Below, one piece after another: positions 1 through 14,328 of a stretch of DNA of 64,000 nucleotides. Position 1 is the first letter of the stretch. Each line of letters starts with the position of its first letter. The stretch is from Haplodiscus bocki (lineage: Eukaryota): the NCBI GenBank assembly GCA_965655095.1, contig OZ296649.1:11780001-11844000 (forward strand). The letters run 5' to 3'. Position numbers and translations under genes: made by a program. Below the pieces are notes generated by a model. It was not told the origin of the DNA. It worked only from the letters and a program-made list of their open reading frames with translations, and searched no databases.

Positions 1-3000
1 CTTTTTGAAAATTTTTCAAAGTTTCAGTTCTCTATCTTTGAAGATGAGCCTGAAGTTCGCCCCGGTTCACAACTGTAGAAACAATGAGTCTCCAGTCGCT
101 TCTCAAAGATATTTCGGTAGAGGTCAAAATTACTTAGAGGGTTTTTGTTGACAGAACGAGATAGCAGCGCTTTTTTTGATGTTTACAACATTTGTATTAA
201 TTTTCATGTTTTGTGGTAGAGCAGTTACGTTTAAAAGCAATCCAAAAATAAGGATTATGTAACAGACAGGCTGTAGATTTTTGGCCTTTTTTGGGTGGCG
301 ACTAGGACAATTTTAATACAAAAAATGTAACAAACAGGTTTTGAGAGCGAGATTTTATGGTGATTTGAACAATTGTGAAGCTTCAGCCCAGTATCTTGTA
401 AGGAAGGCTGAAAAAGAAGTAGATTCAGCGTTGCAGTAACCATAACGCACCAAAGCATTCCATACTATGTTTTTTTGCACAATCGGAATTTATTGATTGG
501 CTTTTCCGAAGAAAAGTTGATCCCATTTGAATACATCCTAAAAGTTAGGATTCTTGTGAAAACCAAGAAACTCATAGGTTCCATATAGAGGACAATAGTA
601 CGTTTTCCTTATTTTTTTGGGCAATTCGTGCCACAAGCGGGACACTGCACTTTCGGTACCTATTGTTTTTTTTCTCCGCCTCTGATTCCTGACAGGCCGA
701 AATTGTCAAGATTGTTACGTCTAGGTTTTCCAACTAAACATTTTGCATAACTATGAACTACAGACTTCCATCCAATGAAAACTCAACAAAAAATTCTTTG
801 CTTGAGAATTCATCGCTAGGAAATTGATGGATTTTGATCATTGAAACGGAAAACTGGTAGTCCAGAAGGGTCGAAAGGTAACAAAACTTTTGACAAATGC
901 TTTCACTCAAGTTCTCATTTAGCCACAACTCTTGTTTTGAATTAATCCAACAAGGTTTATTTGACGATATTGTCCTGAAAGCAAAGTCTTTAATTCGATT
1001 TACTATGATTTTTGAGTAACCAACAGTTTCTTTATCAGCGGCCGAAAAAGCCGGTGAGCAAATGTTCTAGTTATTTCATCAGAAAAAATGCTCACAGTTT
1101 TCTAGAACTCTTCTGCAGTATAACATTGCCTGCGCAATTGTACTGAAATTTCACTTGAACCGACCATTATAAAAACGTGGAAACTGAAGAATCAAACAAA
1201 AACAACAAAATTTCAATTTCTTCGAAGTCTAAATTGACATTTTTATAATAAATCACAATGTTGTGGAAACCATTTGTTTTATGTCTGATCAATCTTTTCT
1301 ACACCCCTGTGATGGAAAAAATTGCGCTGCGATGGCGCATGTTGGTACTTTGTACCTCAAGGAAAGAAGAACACGTTAAATCGTCCAATCCTTCCTTCCC
1401 ATAACCGACGCCAGGACTGTGTGAATGATAGGTGGAATGTTCATAATTGATAAACTACAAGCTAGTTGCTAACTGATAGGAAAAACTAAACTGATTGCAT
1501 TCGATTTCGCTCATACTTGTAAAGACTTTAGAAACAATTCAGAATGCTGAATTAGTACTAGCTGACGACTGATAATTACTTCTTTGATTTCACAGACGAT
1601 TGCAAGCAGGATATTTCCAACAATCTTTCCTCTGCATTGCTGGCAAAAGCTTTCATGTTCAGCGAGTTTCATGGTTGTTTGAACAATAAGTACGATTTGT
1701 GTCTTCTTCAGCAGAAAACGAAGTGAAGAAAAATGCAAAATGGAATTGTGTGCGATGAGGTTTCGTGTGAACAGGAAAAAACAACTAATGCTGCGGCTCA
1801 GTGGAAATTCAAACATCCAGAAACACTTTTCGAAAATTGGCTTTTTGAAAAAAGGTCAGGAAATTATTGATTTGAAAAAGTTCCCAGAAGAATGCAAGTT
1901 TCGCACAAGAATAATGGGAATCTTTGGTCAATTCATCTTTTACAATTTAGTTCCAGCCAAAAAACAAAGTTGTAGGAGAAATCTTTTAACAAGAGAAACT
2001 TGTTCTTTGAGCTATTTTCGGGCTTTTTGAAAAATTTTCAAAATTTCAGTTCTCTATCTTTGCAGATGAGCCTGAGATGCGCCCCGGTTCATAATTGTAG
2101 AAGCAATGAGTCTCCAGTCTTTTCAAACATATTTCGGTAGAGGTCAAAATTACTTAGAGGGTTTTTGTTGATAGAACGAGATAGCAGCGCTCTTTTTTGA
2201 TGTTTACAACATTTGTGTTAATTTTTATGTTTTGTGGTAGAGCAGTTACGTCTAAAAGCAATCCAAAAATATAGATTATGTAACAAACAGGCTCTAGATT
2301 TTTGGCCTTTTTCGGGTGGCGACTAGGACAATTTTAATACAGAAAATGTAACAAACAGGTTTTGAGAGCGGGATTTTTTGGTGATTTGAAAAATTGTGAA
2401 GCTTCAGCCCAGTATCTTGTAAGGAAGGCTGAAAAAGAAGTAGATTCAGCGTTGCAGTAACCGTAACGCACCAAAGCATTCCATACTATGTTTTTTTGCA
2501 CAATCGGAATTTATTGATTGGCTTTTTCCGAAGAAAAGTTGATCCCATTTAAATACATCCGAAAAGGTATGATTCTTGTGAAAACCAAGAAACTCATAGG
2601 TTCCATATAGAGGTCAATAGTACGTTTTCCTTATTTTTTTGCGCAATTCGTGCCACAAGCGGGACACTGCACTTTCGGTACCTATTGTTTTTTTTCTCCG
2701 CCTGATATCTAACAGGCCGAAAATGTCAAGATTGTTACGTCTAGGTTTTCCAACTAATAACTATGAACTACAGACTTCCATTCATTAAAAACTCAACAAA
2801 AAATTCTTTGCTTGACGAGAATTCATCGCTAGGAAATTGATGGATTTTGATCATTGAAACGGAAAACTGGTAGTCCAGAAGGGTCGAAAGGTAACAAAAC
2901 TTTTGACAAATGCTTTCACTCAAGTTCTCATTTAGCCACAACTCTTGGCTTGAATTAATCCAACAAGGTTTATCTGACGATATTGTCCTGAAAGCAAAAT

Positions 3001-6000
3001 CTTTAACTCGATTTACTATGATTTTTGAGTAATCAACAGTTTCTTTATCAGCGGCCGAAAAAGCCGGTGAGCAAATGTTCTGGTTATTTCATCAGAAATT
3101 AAGCTCGCAGTTTTCTAGAACTCTTCTGCAGTATAACATTGCCTGCGCAATGGTACTGAAATTCCACTTGAACCGAACATTTTTAAAACGTGGAAATTGA
3201 AGAATCAAACAAAAACATCAAAATTTCAATTTCTTCGAAGTCTAAATCGACATTTTTATAATCAATCACAATGTTGTGGAAACCATGTGTTTTATGTCCG
3301 ATCAATCTTTTCTACAATCCTCTGATGGAAAAAATTGCGCTGCGATGGCGCATGTTGGTACTTTGTACCTGAAGGAAAGAACAACACGTTAAATTGTCCA
3401 ATCTTTCCTTCCCAAAATCGACACCAGGACTGTGTGAATGATAGGTGGAATGTTCATATTTGATAAACTACAAACTATTTGCTAACTGATAAGAAAAATT
3501 AAACTGATTGCATTCGATTTCGTTCATACTTGTGAAGAATTTAGAAACAATTCAGAATGCTGAATTAGTACTGGCTGACGACTGATAATTACTTCTTTGG
3601 TTTCACAGACGATTGCAAGCAGGATTCTTTCTACAACCTTCCCTCTGCATTGTTGGCAAAAGCTTTCATGTTCAGCGATTTTCATGGTTGTTTCAACAAT
3701 AAGTACGATTTGGGTCTTCTTCAGCAGAAAACGAAGTGAAGAAAAATGCAAAATGGAATTGTGTGCGATGAGGTTTCGCGTGAACAGGAAAAAACAACTA
3801 ATGCTGCGGCTCAGTGGAAATTCAAACATCCAGAAACACATTTCGAAAATTGGCTTCTCGAAAAAAAGTCAGGAATTTATTGATTTGAAAAAGTTCCCAG
3901 AAGATTGCGAGTTTCGCGCAAGAAAAATGGGAATCATTGGTCGATTCATCTTTTACAATTTAGTTCCAGTCAAAAAACAAAGTTATATGAGAAATCGTTT
4001 AACGAGAGAAACTTTATCTTTGAGCTATTTTCGGCCTTTTTGAAAATTTTTCAAAGTTTCAGTTCTCTATCTTTGAAGATGAGCCTGAAGTTCGCCCCGG
4101 TTCACAATTGTAGAAACAATGAGCCTCCAGTCTCTTCTCAAAGGTATTTCGGTAGAGGTCAGAAATACTTAGAGGATTTTTGTTGATAGAACGAGATAGC
4201 AGCGCTTTTTTTGAAGTTTACAACATTTGTGTTAATTTTTATGTTTTGTGGTGAAGCAGTTACGTTTAAAAGCAATCCAAAAACAGGGAATATGTAACAG
4301 ACAGGCTCTAGATATTTGGCATTTTTTGGGTGGCGACTAGGACAATTTTAATACAAAAAATGTAACAAACAGGTTTTGAGAGCGGGATTTTATGGTGACT
4401 TGAAAAATTGTGAAGCTTCAGCCCAGTATCTTGTAAGGAAGGCTGAAAAAGAAGTAGATTCAGCGTTGCAGTAACCATAACGCACCAAAGCATTCCATAC
4501 TATATTTTTTTGCACAATCGGAATTTATTGATTGGCTTTTTCCGACGAAAAGTTGATCCCATTTGAATACATCCTAATAGTTAGGATTCTTGTGAAAACC
4601 AAGAAACTCATACGTTCCATATAGAGGACAATAGTACGTTTTCCTTATTTTTTTGGGCAATTCGTGCCAAAAGCGAGACACTGCACTTTCGGTACCTATT
4701 GTTTTTTTCTCCGCCTCTGATTCCTGACAAGCCGAAGATGTCAAGATTGTTACGTCTTGGTTTTCCAACTAAAAATTTTGCCTAACTATGAACTACAGAC
4801 TTCAATCCATTAAAAACTCAACAAAAAATTCTTTGCTTGAGGAGAACTCAACGCTAGGAAATTGAAGGATTTTGACCCTTGAAACGGAATTCTGGTAGTC
4901 CAGAATGATCGAAAGGTAATAAAATTTTTGACAAAAGCTTTCACTCAAGTTCTCATTTAGCCACAACTCTTGGTTTGAATTAATCCAACAAGGTTTATCA
5001 GACGATATTGTCCTGAAAGCAAAGTCTTTAACTCGATTTACTATGATTTTTGAGTAATCAACAGTTTCTTTATCAGCGGCCGAAAAAACCGGTGAGCAAA
5101 TGTTCTGGTTATTTCATCAGAAATTAGGCTCATAGTTTTCTAGAACTCTTCTGCAGTATAACAATGCCTGCGCAATTGAACTGAAATTTCACTTGAACCG
5201 AACATTTTTAAAACGTGGAAATTGAAGAATCAAACAAAAACATCAAAATTTCAATTTCTTCGAAGTCTAAATCGACATTTTTATAATCAATCACAATGTT
5301 GTGGAAACCATGTGTTTTATGTCCGATCAATCTTTTCTACAATCCTCTGATGGAAAAAATTGCGCTGCGATGGCGCATGTTGGTACTTTGTACCTGAAGG
5401 AAAGAACAACACGTTAAATTGTCCAATCTTTCCTTCCCAAAATCGACACCAGGACTGTGTGAATGATAGGTGGAATGTTCATATTTGATAAACTACAAAC
5501 TAGTTGCTAACTGATAGGAAAAATTAAACTGATTGCATTCGATTTCGTTCATACTTGTAAAGACTTTGGAAATAATTCAGAATGCTGAATTAGTACTGGC
5601 TGACGACTGATAATTACTTCTTTGATTTCACAGACGATTGCAAGCAGGATTCTTTCTACAACCTTCCCTCTGCATTGCTGGCAAAAGCTTTCATGTTCAG
5701 CGAGTTTCATGGTTGTTTGAACAATAAGTACGATTTGGGTCTTCTTCAGCAGAAAACGAAGTGAAGAAAAATGCAAAAAGGAATTGTGTGCGATGAGGTT
5801 TCGTGTGAACAGGAAGAAACAGCTAATGCTGCGGCTCAGTGGAACTTGAAACATCCAGAAAAACTTTTCGAAAAATGGCGTTTTTGAAAAAAAGTCAGAA
5901 TTTATTGATTTGAAAAAGTTCCCAGAAGAATGCAAGTTTCGCACAAGAATAATGGCAATCATTGGTCGATTCATCTTTTACAATTTAGTTCCAGCCAAAA

Positions 6001-9000
6001 AACAAAGTTATGGGAGAACTCTTTTAACGTGAGAAACTTGATCTTTGAGCTATTTTCAAAGTTTCAGTTCTCTATCTTTGAAGATGAGCCTGAAATGCGC
6101 CCCGGTTCATGATTGTAGAAAAACTAAGTCTCCAGTCTCTTCTCAAAATTACTTCGGTAGAGGTCAAAATTACTTGGAGGGTTTTTGTTGATAGAACGAG
6201 ATAGCAGCGCTTTTTTTTGATTTTTACAACATTTGTGTTAATTTTTATGTTTTGTGGTAGAGCAATTACGTTTGAAAGCAATCAAAAAATAAGGAATATG
6301 TAACAGACAGGCTCTAGCTTTTTGGCTATTTTCGGGTGGCGACTAGGACAATTTTAATACAAAAAAAGTAACAAACAGGTTTTGAGAGCGGGATTTTATG
6401 GTGATTTGAAAAATTGTGAAGCTTCAGCCCAGTTTTTTGTAAGGAAGGCTGAAAAAGAAGTGGATTCAGCGTTGCAGTAACCATAACGCACCAAAGCATT
6501 CCATACTTTGTTTTTTTGCACAATCGGAATTTTTTGATTGGCTTTTTCCGAAGAAAAGTTGATCCCATTTGAATACATCCTAAAAGGTATGATTCTTGTG
6601 AAAACCAAGAAACTCATAGGTTCCATATAGAGGACAATAGTACGTTTTCCTTATTTTTTTGGGCAATTCGTGTCACAAGCGGGACACTGCACTTTCGGTA
6701 CCTATTGTTTTTTTCTCCGCCTCTGATTCCTGACAAGCCGAAAATGTCAAGATTGTTACGTCTATGTTTTCCAACTAATAACTATAAACTACAGACTTCC
6801 ATCCATTAAAAACTCAACAAAAAATTCTTTTCTTGAGGAGAACTCATCGCTAGGAAATTGATGGATTTTGATCCTTGAAACGGAATTCTGGTAGTCGAGA
6901 AAGGTCGAAAGGCAATAAAATTTTTGACAAATGCTTTCACTCAAGTTCTCATTTATCCATAACTCTTGGTTCGAATTTTCTAAAAACGTTTTATTGACGA
7001 TTTTTTCCCTAAAGCAAAGTCTTTCACTCGATTCACTATGATTTTTGCGTAATCAACAGTTTTTTTATCAGCGTTCAAAAATGCCGATGAGCAGCTGTTA
7101 TGGTTTTTTTTCATCGAAATTTAAGCTCATAATTTTCTAAAGCTCTTCTGCAGCATAAGATTGCCTGCGCAATTGTTTTCAAATTTCACTTTAACCCAAC
7201 AATATAGAAACGTGGAAACTGAAGACTCAAACAAGCAAACAGAGCTTCAATTTCTTCGAAATCTAAATCGACATTTTCCTAATCAATCACAATGTTGTCG
7301 AGACCATGTGTTTTTTGTTCCATCAATCTCTTCTACACCCCTCTGAAGGGAAAGATTGCACTGCGATGGCGCATGTTGGTACTTTGTACCTAAAAAAATG
7401 AAGAACACGTATCTTGTCCAATTCTCCTGAAATTCGACACCAGAGCTGTTTGAATGACAGATGGAATATTCAAAAAAGCTAAACCGTGAACTGGTTGATA
7501 AATGATTGGAAACAATCAACTAATTGCCTTCGATATCGTTTATATTTGTAGAAAAATTAGACCCCGTCAAAAACCTAATTTCATGCTGACTGGTGACTGA
7601 TATTTGCTTCTTTGATTTGAGAAATGGTTGCGAGCAGATTGATTTCTACACAAGACTTCCTTCTGCATTGTTGGCAAAATTTTTCCTGCTTAGCGATTTT
7701 CACAGTTGGATAAAAATGAAGAACGATTTGGCCCTCCTTCAGCAGCAAAGGAAGTGAAAGAAAATGCAAAATCGAACTGTGTGCGATGAAGTTTCCTGTC
7801 AACAGGAAAAAACAACAATTGCTGCGGCTCAATTGAACTTCAATTAACCAGAAAAAACTTTCGAAATTAGGCTTTTTGGAAATAATTTATGAAATTATTG
7901 AGTTGAAAAAGTTCCAAAATGAATGCAAGTTTTGGACAATAGTACTTGAAAAGATTGGTCGATTCTTCCTTCACAATTTAGTTCCAGCCAAAAAACCAAT
8001 TTTATTTGAGAAGTCTTTTAACACGAGAAACTTGATTTTCGATCTATTTTCGGCTTTCTGGATGTTTTCTCGACTTTTAACTTGTTTACATTCAGAGATG
8101 AGCCTAAAAATGTCCCAATTGCTCAATTAGGCAAACAATGCGTCTCCAGTTTTTTCTGAAATAACTTTCGTTAGAGGTCAGAAATGTTTTCACGGTTTTT
8201 GGTGACAGAACGTGATAGCACAGCTTTTTTTGATGTTTTCAGCATTTCTGATGAACTTTTTTAGTTTGTGGCAGATACTTTTGAAAAAAATAGAATAATA
8301 TGAAAATTGTAACAGAGAGGCTGCAGGTTTTTTTTTCCTTTTTTGAGTCGCGATCAGAAAAGTTTCATTCAAAAAATTAAGAAGCAAATTGTAAGAGCGG
8401 GATTTCAGCTTATTTTGAAAAAATGTGAACCTTCAATACCGTATCCTGTAAGAAGTTTAAAACAAGAAGTCGATTGAGCGTTACAGTAACCAAAACACTC
8501 CGATGCATTCGATACTATGTTTCTTCGTGCAATCAGAACTTTTTGATTGGTTTTCTGAGAAAAAAACAAACCGTTCTATTTTGGATACTCATTCAAAGTT
8601 AAGATTCCTGTGAAAACCAAGAAGCAACGAGGTGCCATTTAAAAGGCGATGACGTGTTTTTCTTGTGTGTTTTGGGAAACTAATGCCAGAAGCGAGACAC
8701 TGCATTTTCGGTACCTATTGTTTTTTTCTCTGCCTCTAATTCCAGACAGGCCGAAAATGTCAAGAATGTTATGTCTAGGCTTCCAAACTGAAAATTCTCC
8801 ATAACTATGAACTGCAGACTTTCCATCCATTAAAAACTCAACAGGAAGTTCTTTACTTCGTCAGAACTAAACGCTGGAAAACGATAGATTTTGATTATTG
8901 CATAGGAATTTTGGTCGTCCAAAAAGGTCGAAAGTTGATAATTGTTTTGACAGATGCCTTCACTCAAAATCTTATTTCTCCATAACTTTTGGCATGAAGT

Positions 9001-9933
9001 TTTCCAACAAGGTTTTTTCGACGACTCTGTCCCTCAAACAATTTCTTTTTCTCGAATTTCTTTGATTTTTGCGTAATCAACCGTTTTATTGTGAGCGGCC
9101 GAAAATGCCGAAGAGCAACTGTTGTTATTTCGTCAAAATTTCAGCTCATGGTTTCCAACGCTCTTCTGCGGTATAACATTGCCTGCGCAAGTGTACTAAA
9201 CTATTCACTTAAAATGAATATAATAAAAATGTGCAAATTCAAGAATCACACAAGAAAACAGTGACTTCTTCAAAGTCTCTGCCCAAAATTTTCCAGTCAG
9301 TCACAAAATTGTGCAGACCATGTGTTATTTGTCCGATCAACGTTTCCTAGACCTCTTTGATGGAAAAAACTGCACTGCGATGGCGCAGGTTGGTACTATC
9401 TACCTAAAGAAAAGGAGACCACCTAAACTTGTCCAATTCTTCTCAAAATCGACACCAGGGCTGTGTGAATGATAGGTGGAATGTTCATATTTCATACACT
9501 ACAAACTAGTTGCTAACTGATAGGAAAAATTAAACTGACTGCATTTGATTTCGTTTGTACTTGTAGAGAATTTAGAAACAATTCAGAATGCTGAATTAAT
9601 ACTGGCTGACGACTCACATTTACTTCTTTGGTTTCACGGACGGTTGAAAGCAAGATGATTTCTACTCAAGTCTTTCTTCTGCATTGTTTGCAAAATTTCC
9701 CCGGTTTTGCGATGTTCACGGTTGATTGAAAGTTAGGTTACGATTTAAGCCTGCTTCAGCAGAATGCAAAGTGAAGAAAAATGCAAATTCAAAACGTGTG
9801 CGATGAAGTTTCGTCACACCAGGAATATACAACTATTGCTGCCACTCAGTTGAACTTCAAACTTCCAGAAAATGTTTTTTGAAACTCTGTTTTTGAAAAA
9901 AAGCAAAATCAGGAAAGCAGTAAGTTGAAAAAG
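1..9933. repeat. Tandem array (macrosatellite) of a ~2.02-kb unit, ~4.9 copies, open at the window's left edge
   Basis: The unit start (CTTTTTGAAA...TTTCAGTTCTCTATCTTTG.AGATGAGCCTGA) recurs at ~1, 2023, 4036, ~6055 and, degenerate, ~8053. The same short ORFs recur at 255/2294/4308/6326 and 1511/3524/5549/7581. Divergence rises after ~6.9 kb. Confidence 0.97.
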
Positions 9934-12900
9934 TAACAAACTGGACAAAAACTTACTAAATATGTGAAGCGTACACAAGCACTGCAAGCATGCTTGCTTT
10001 GGCATGCCACCTAGTTCTATGGTAGTAGAAACCGTTCTGTCCTGAGACTTAAATTGAGGTTCGCGTTCGACTCACCGATTAAAAAATACATTCGCTCGGC
10101 GTATAATTCCTGAGACACACAAGACTGAGCGTCAAATGCTATTGATAATCTCAAAAAAGCCAAGTAGTTTTTCCTGGCCATGAAATCTGACAACTGAACA
10201 TTGCTTTATCAAAATTCCTGTTTTTGCTCAAGAATTCTTTGTATAAAGGCTCAATTCTATTTCTAAAATTTTGTTTTCAATACTGTTAGATTGCCTGGAA
10301 ATTTAATCAGAAGTAACATGATAGCCCATTGAAATTAAAGGATCGGTAAACAAATCCTGCTTGGAGAAAATTCACCTAGAAAGGATGATTTTAGTCAAAA
10401 AACACTCCTGGACGACCACAACGATCCAAAAAATCACAAAGCTACAAAACACCCGAAGTTTTCAGAGAAATTAGAGTGTGACACACTAAATTTCCAGAAC
10501 CAGAGTTTGAGAAAGCTTTGTCGAAAAATGGTGTCAAATAGAATTGTAGCCAAACAAATTTTGACACGATTTGCAGAAAAAATGGTTAGTTCGGTGCCAA
10601 AAATACGAAAAACAATTCTGAAACAAGGTTGTTTTAACTGGCGGGAAGTGACTTTGTGTTGAACCAGTGATGGAATTTCGTGAGCTTTTTGCCCTAGAAC
10701 AGCAGATTTGACCCGGAAAATACCTGATTATTCTTCGAAAGACAAGCGATCGTTCATGTTTTGGGGTCCAATAGACTCTGAATGCAGTAAAATTCTCACG
10801 TCCGTGAATACCCAGCAGTTGCCAATATTTTGATGTAATGAACAATTTGAAATAAACTTTTGAAAATTGGACCAAATTTTTCGACATGACAGTAACCCAA
10901 TTCACAAGACAAAGAATAAGTTTTTTTTCAAAGAAGATTAATGGCGAGTTTTGGATTGGCCAGTGCATAGTGCAGATCTTATTCATATAGAAAACTTTTG
11001 AGTTATTGTGAAAAACCGTTTGCAGAAACATGAATTTTTATGAGAAAAGATAGAAAGAGTTGCTGAACTTGATCGATGAAAAAACAATGCGACTACTTTG
11101 CGAAGACTATTTTAAAAGGCTGCAATAAGTGAAAACTAAAATAGCAGTGGCGAATGACTATAATTTTCTGTTTGGTTGGTTGGGTTTGTTTTTTTCACAT
11201 TTCGAAGGTGTACAGTTGCTTCTGATTATTCGTTCGAATAGCAAAATCTAACGAGAATTCAAAAAAACTCTCCCCTGAAAATGGGAACAAAAAAGTTTAT
11301 CTTGGCCATTCTTCGTGATTTCAAATTTAAAATGTAACGCCAGAATCAGTTCAACTTTAGATTTTATCACGATGACGTAGTTTCTGAACAGCAACTCGAT
11401 AATCTCTCGGAAACCAAAAAAAAACGCAGAGCCGAACATTTGGAAATTTAGCTATTTTTGCCCACTTCGAAGCAAAAAGTTTTCAAAATTGGCAAAACTG
11501 CCCTTTCAAGTCGGTTTATATTTAATTTGTTACCCAAAAGCTAGTAATAGGGCAATGGAGCGAAAAATCTCAAAAGAGACAGATTTTTTTCAACTTAAAC
11601 ACGTCAAACCAGTCCGCTTTGTTGAGAAATATTGCTGACATTGAACTTGGTATTATTTCTGCAAGCGATTCTACAGTATGGCGTTTTGATGAGCTCGTAG
11701 AAATTATTCAGATTTGGGAGACGAAAGAGCAAAAACACCGAGATAAAACGCGAAATGGAGTTTTCGTCTACATGCAAGTAACAAAACCAGGAGTTTTTGC
11801 TACACTTGAATCATTCAGTCGGAACTGATGAACTTGTGATGAGTTATTTGTAAAATCGTTTAACAAAGCTGGACAGCCGTTTTTTTGACAAAAAAAACAA
11901 AAATTACTAAGTAAATTTTGTATACTTTACTGCACCATATTTAAGTGTGGTTTTCACGAAGAGTTCTCGAAACGTTTATAGCTCATGTTTTCTGTCAACA
12001 GTGGAGTTTGAAAAATTGATTTGGAAAACGAAAATCCGAAAAATTATTGCTTTTACTATAAATTAAAAATGCGAAACCAACTTCGCAGTAATTTTTGCAG
12101 AAGTTTGGAAAGTTCCAGCAACGCATGTCATTGCTACATTAATCGTCGAAAGTTGATTTAGAAGGCCAAAAACCGGAAAATTAACAGGAACTGTTGAAAA
12201 GAAGGCATAATTTTGCCACGAAAACGCGTTCTTTTTCCGGATTCTTTTCTAAGGTTTATATCAATACGAGAAAGAGAACTCCCACGCAATCCGGCACTTG
12301 CTGAATAAGCTGCACACTTGACTCTCAAGCAGCGTACTTGATTATCAAGGCATTGAAACCTGCTTGATACCAGCGGCAGTAATTGCAGAACATCAGCAGT
12401 CGAATAAAATTATACAGCACTAGACATCGCTAGTATAACACAGAGGCGAAGATCAAATTCGCAAATTTGGAAACACTGTAGGAACAACAATTTGAGGTTT
12501 ATCCGATCAAAAAGTTTCGCGAATATTTATTCGAATAAGTTATTCTGCGGTTTTTTGAAAAATTCAAAGTTCACTTTTGGATTTAATCACATAAAGTATG
12601 ACAATGGAGATTACTGGCTGTAGGCAGAACCTAATAGCTGCGAGATGCATCAACAGCGAATTGTTGAATTCCAATCAATAAAGTTCAGGAAAATCACGCT
12701 CGAAAGCATCAATTCGTTTAAATAAACAGAACTAACATTCGAAGTTTGAAGCGACATCATTTTTGAATAACGAATCAAAAGGGTGATCTGTGTCTCCCAA
12801 TAGTTTTTTTCCAAACAGCCAGTGGTTCAATTGACAATACAGTAGTGATTTTAATTAATGCAACAACTTTAATGCATAAGTCAACTTTAAGCACGAATAA

Positions 12901-13109
12901 CTTCGGGAATAATCATTTTGGACAAAAGTACCAGAAACAATATATTTTTAGAATTTTCAGGAGCAAAAACTAGAAAATGCGTTGGGTCTTTTCCGTTATC
13001 AACCCCCCCCCCCCCCCCGGATTATCCCCCCCCCCTAGTCGAAGCTGTAGCTGCCGCCGCCAGTGTATTCACTGAATACGTCTTTTGCGAGTCAGTAGGG
13101 AGTGCACAC

Positions 13110-14328
13110 CAGGGCTTCCTAATATTGTATTGCAATACTATTGTTCATTGAAAATAAAAATTGCTAGAGCCTTTTGGGCAAAAATAATAAATGCCATTTT
13201 CTGTTTCAAGAAAAAACAATTGCAATAATTTTTTATTATTGCTCGACAAATTTACTTATCACGTCATAATCCCAAAATCGTTTATTTATGTACAAAAGCA
13301 GGGTTTCTTCTAAGTTTACTGGAAGCATATTCATTCGATGGTCAGAGAGGACCATTTTTGCCCGACTAAAAAGTCTTTCTACAACGTTCGACGTCGGATT
13401 CAGCCATTCCATGGGTTGATACTCATAGTTTATTTCCTCTGTATTTTATGCCATGAGCAGGACCCGGTCAGCAGGGGATAGGGGTGCACCGATTTCAGAA
13501 GTGAGGACGATTTCCTTACGGAATCGAGCTACCACAAGTTATTCTTCATCGGTCATGACCCCATTCTTTCCAGATATAATTTTGCAGATCCCTCTCTCCA
13601 ATGTTTTTCTGTGAATAATTAAGGCACATTCCCCAAGAAAGTTCTCCATGATTTTGTAGTTTTCTATGAAAAGGTTGAATATGGTACGGGTTTTATATAG
13701 GTTCAGGTCCGTCTTCTCCAGAGTCAGAGCAACAGAATGGAAGTCCTCCAAACTTTCAAATAAATTATGAATAGTTATATTTTCTTGAAGGTTGGCAATA
13801 AGCTAGCGCGTTCGAGGGCGCTAGGGTCTATAAAATCTTCAATGGCAAGGAATCTATCTACCATCGTAAATGTAGAAGTCCATCGTGTGAGTAGAGTTGT
13901 GCGTCCAACCATCCATTATTATGCCCAACGATCCTCGAAGTTCTTTGGTCGTCGGTAACAGGCTCCAATTTGATGTTTTTTCGAACGAAGTTTTTTCCGG
14001 ATACTTGATTTCTCGGTTTTCCATAATAATCCTCGAACCAACAGTAAAGCGGTAGCACTGCAAAAAAGCAAACACACGTCTGTTGGAAGGTGTGAACAAA
14101 GCAAGCGAACGCTATTGGTTGTCTCCCTTTATCTAGGGCACACGCGGCTTGATACGTAAAGACCGCTTAATGCTTCATTAATTGCTGAAATTATTGTTTT
14201 TCGGAATATAAATATTTCAAATTAAAAACCTGGAAAATATTTATGGTCCCGCCTGAATTACTCAAAAAAAATATTTTCTGCAATTATACTGCAATAATTT
14301 TTCCCAAATAACTTTTTAGGAAGCCCTG
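13110..14328 (-). mobile_element. hAT transposon deletion derivative
   Basis: 13-bp TIR CAGGGCTTCCTAA / TTAGGAAGCCCTG. 8-bp TSD GTGCACAC / GTGCACGC; the uninterrupted MITE copies carry this 8-mer only once. Confidence 0.92.
13236..14100 (-). pseudogene. hAT transposase, internally deleted and frameshifted
   Basis: Minus-strand fragments: IIMDGWT (first catalytic D), TRWTSTFTMVDRFL (TRWNS-type motif), and the C-terminal dimerization domain PTSNVVERLFSRAKMVLSDHRMNMLPVNLEETLLLYINKRFW, ending at TAA 13236-13238. Confidence 0.9.

Noticed and set aside
255-10005. Recurrent 60-150-aa ORFs in the 2-kb array as a gene family
   Set aside because: Stops and frameshifts differ between units, ORFs overlap on both strands, and I recognise no motif; recurrence follows from DNA repetition.
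10005-10085. Functional tRNA gene
   Set aside because: A- and B-box-like motifs are present but acceptor, anticodon and T stems do not pair.
10534-11031. 165-aa minus-strand ORF
   Set aside because: No recognisable motif, and composition is typical of AT-rich non-coding repeat.
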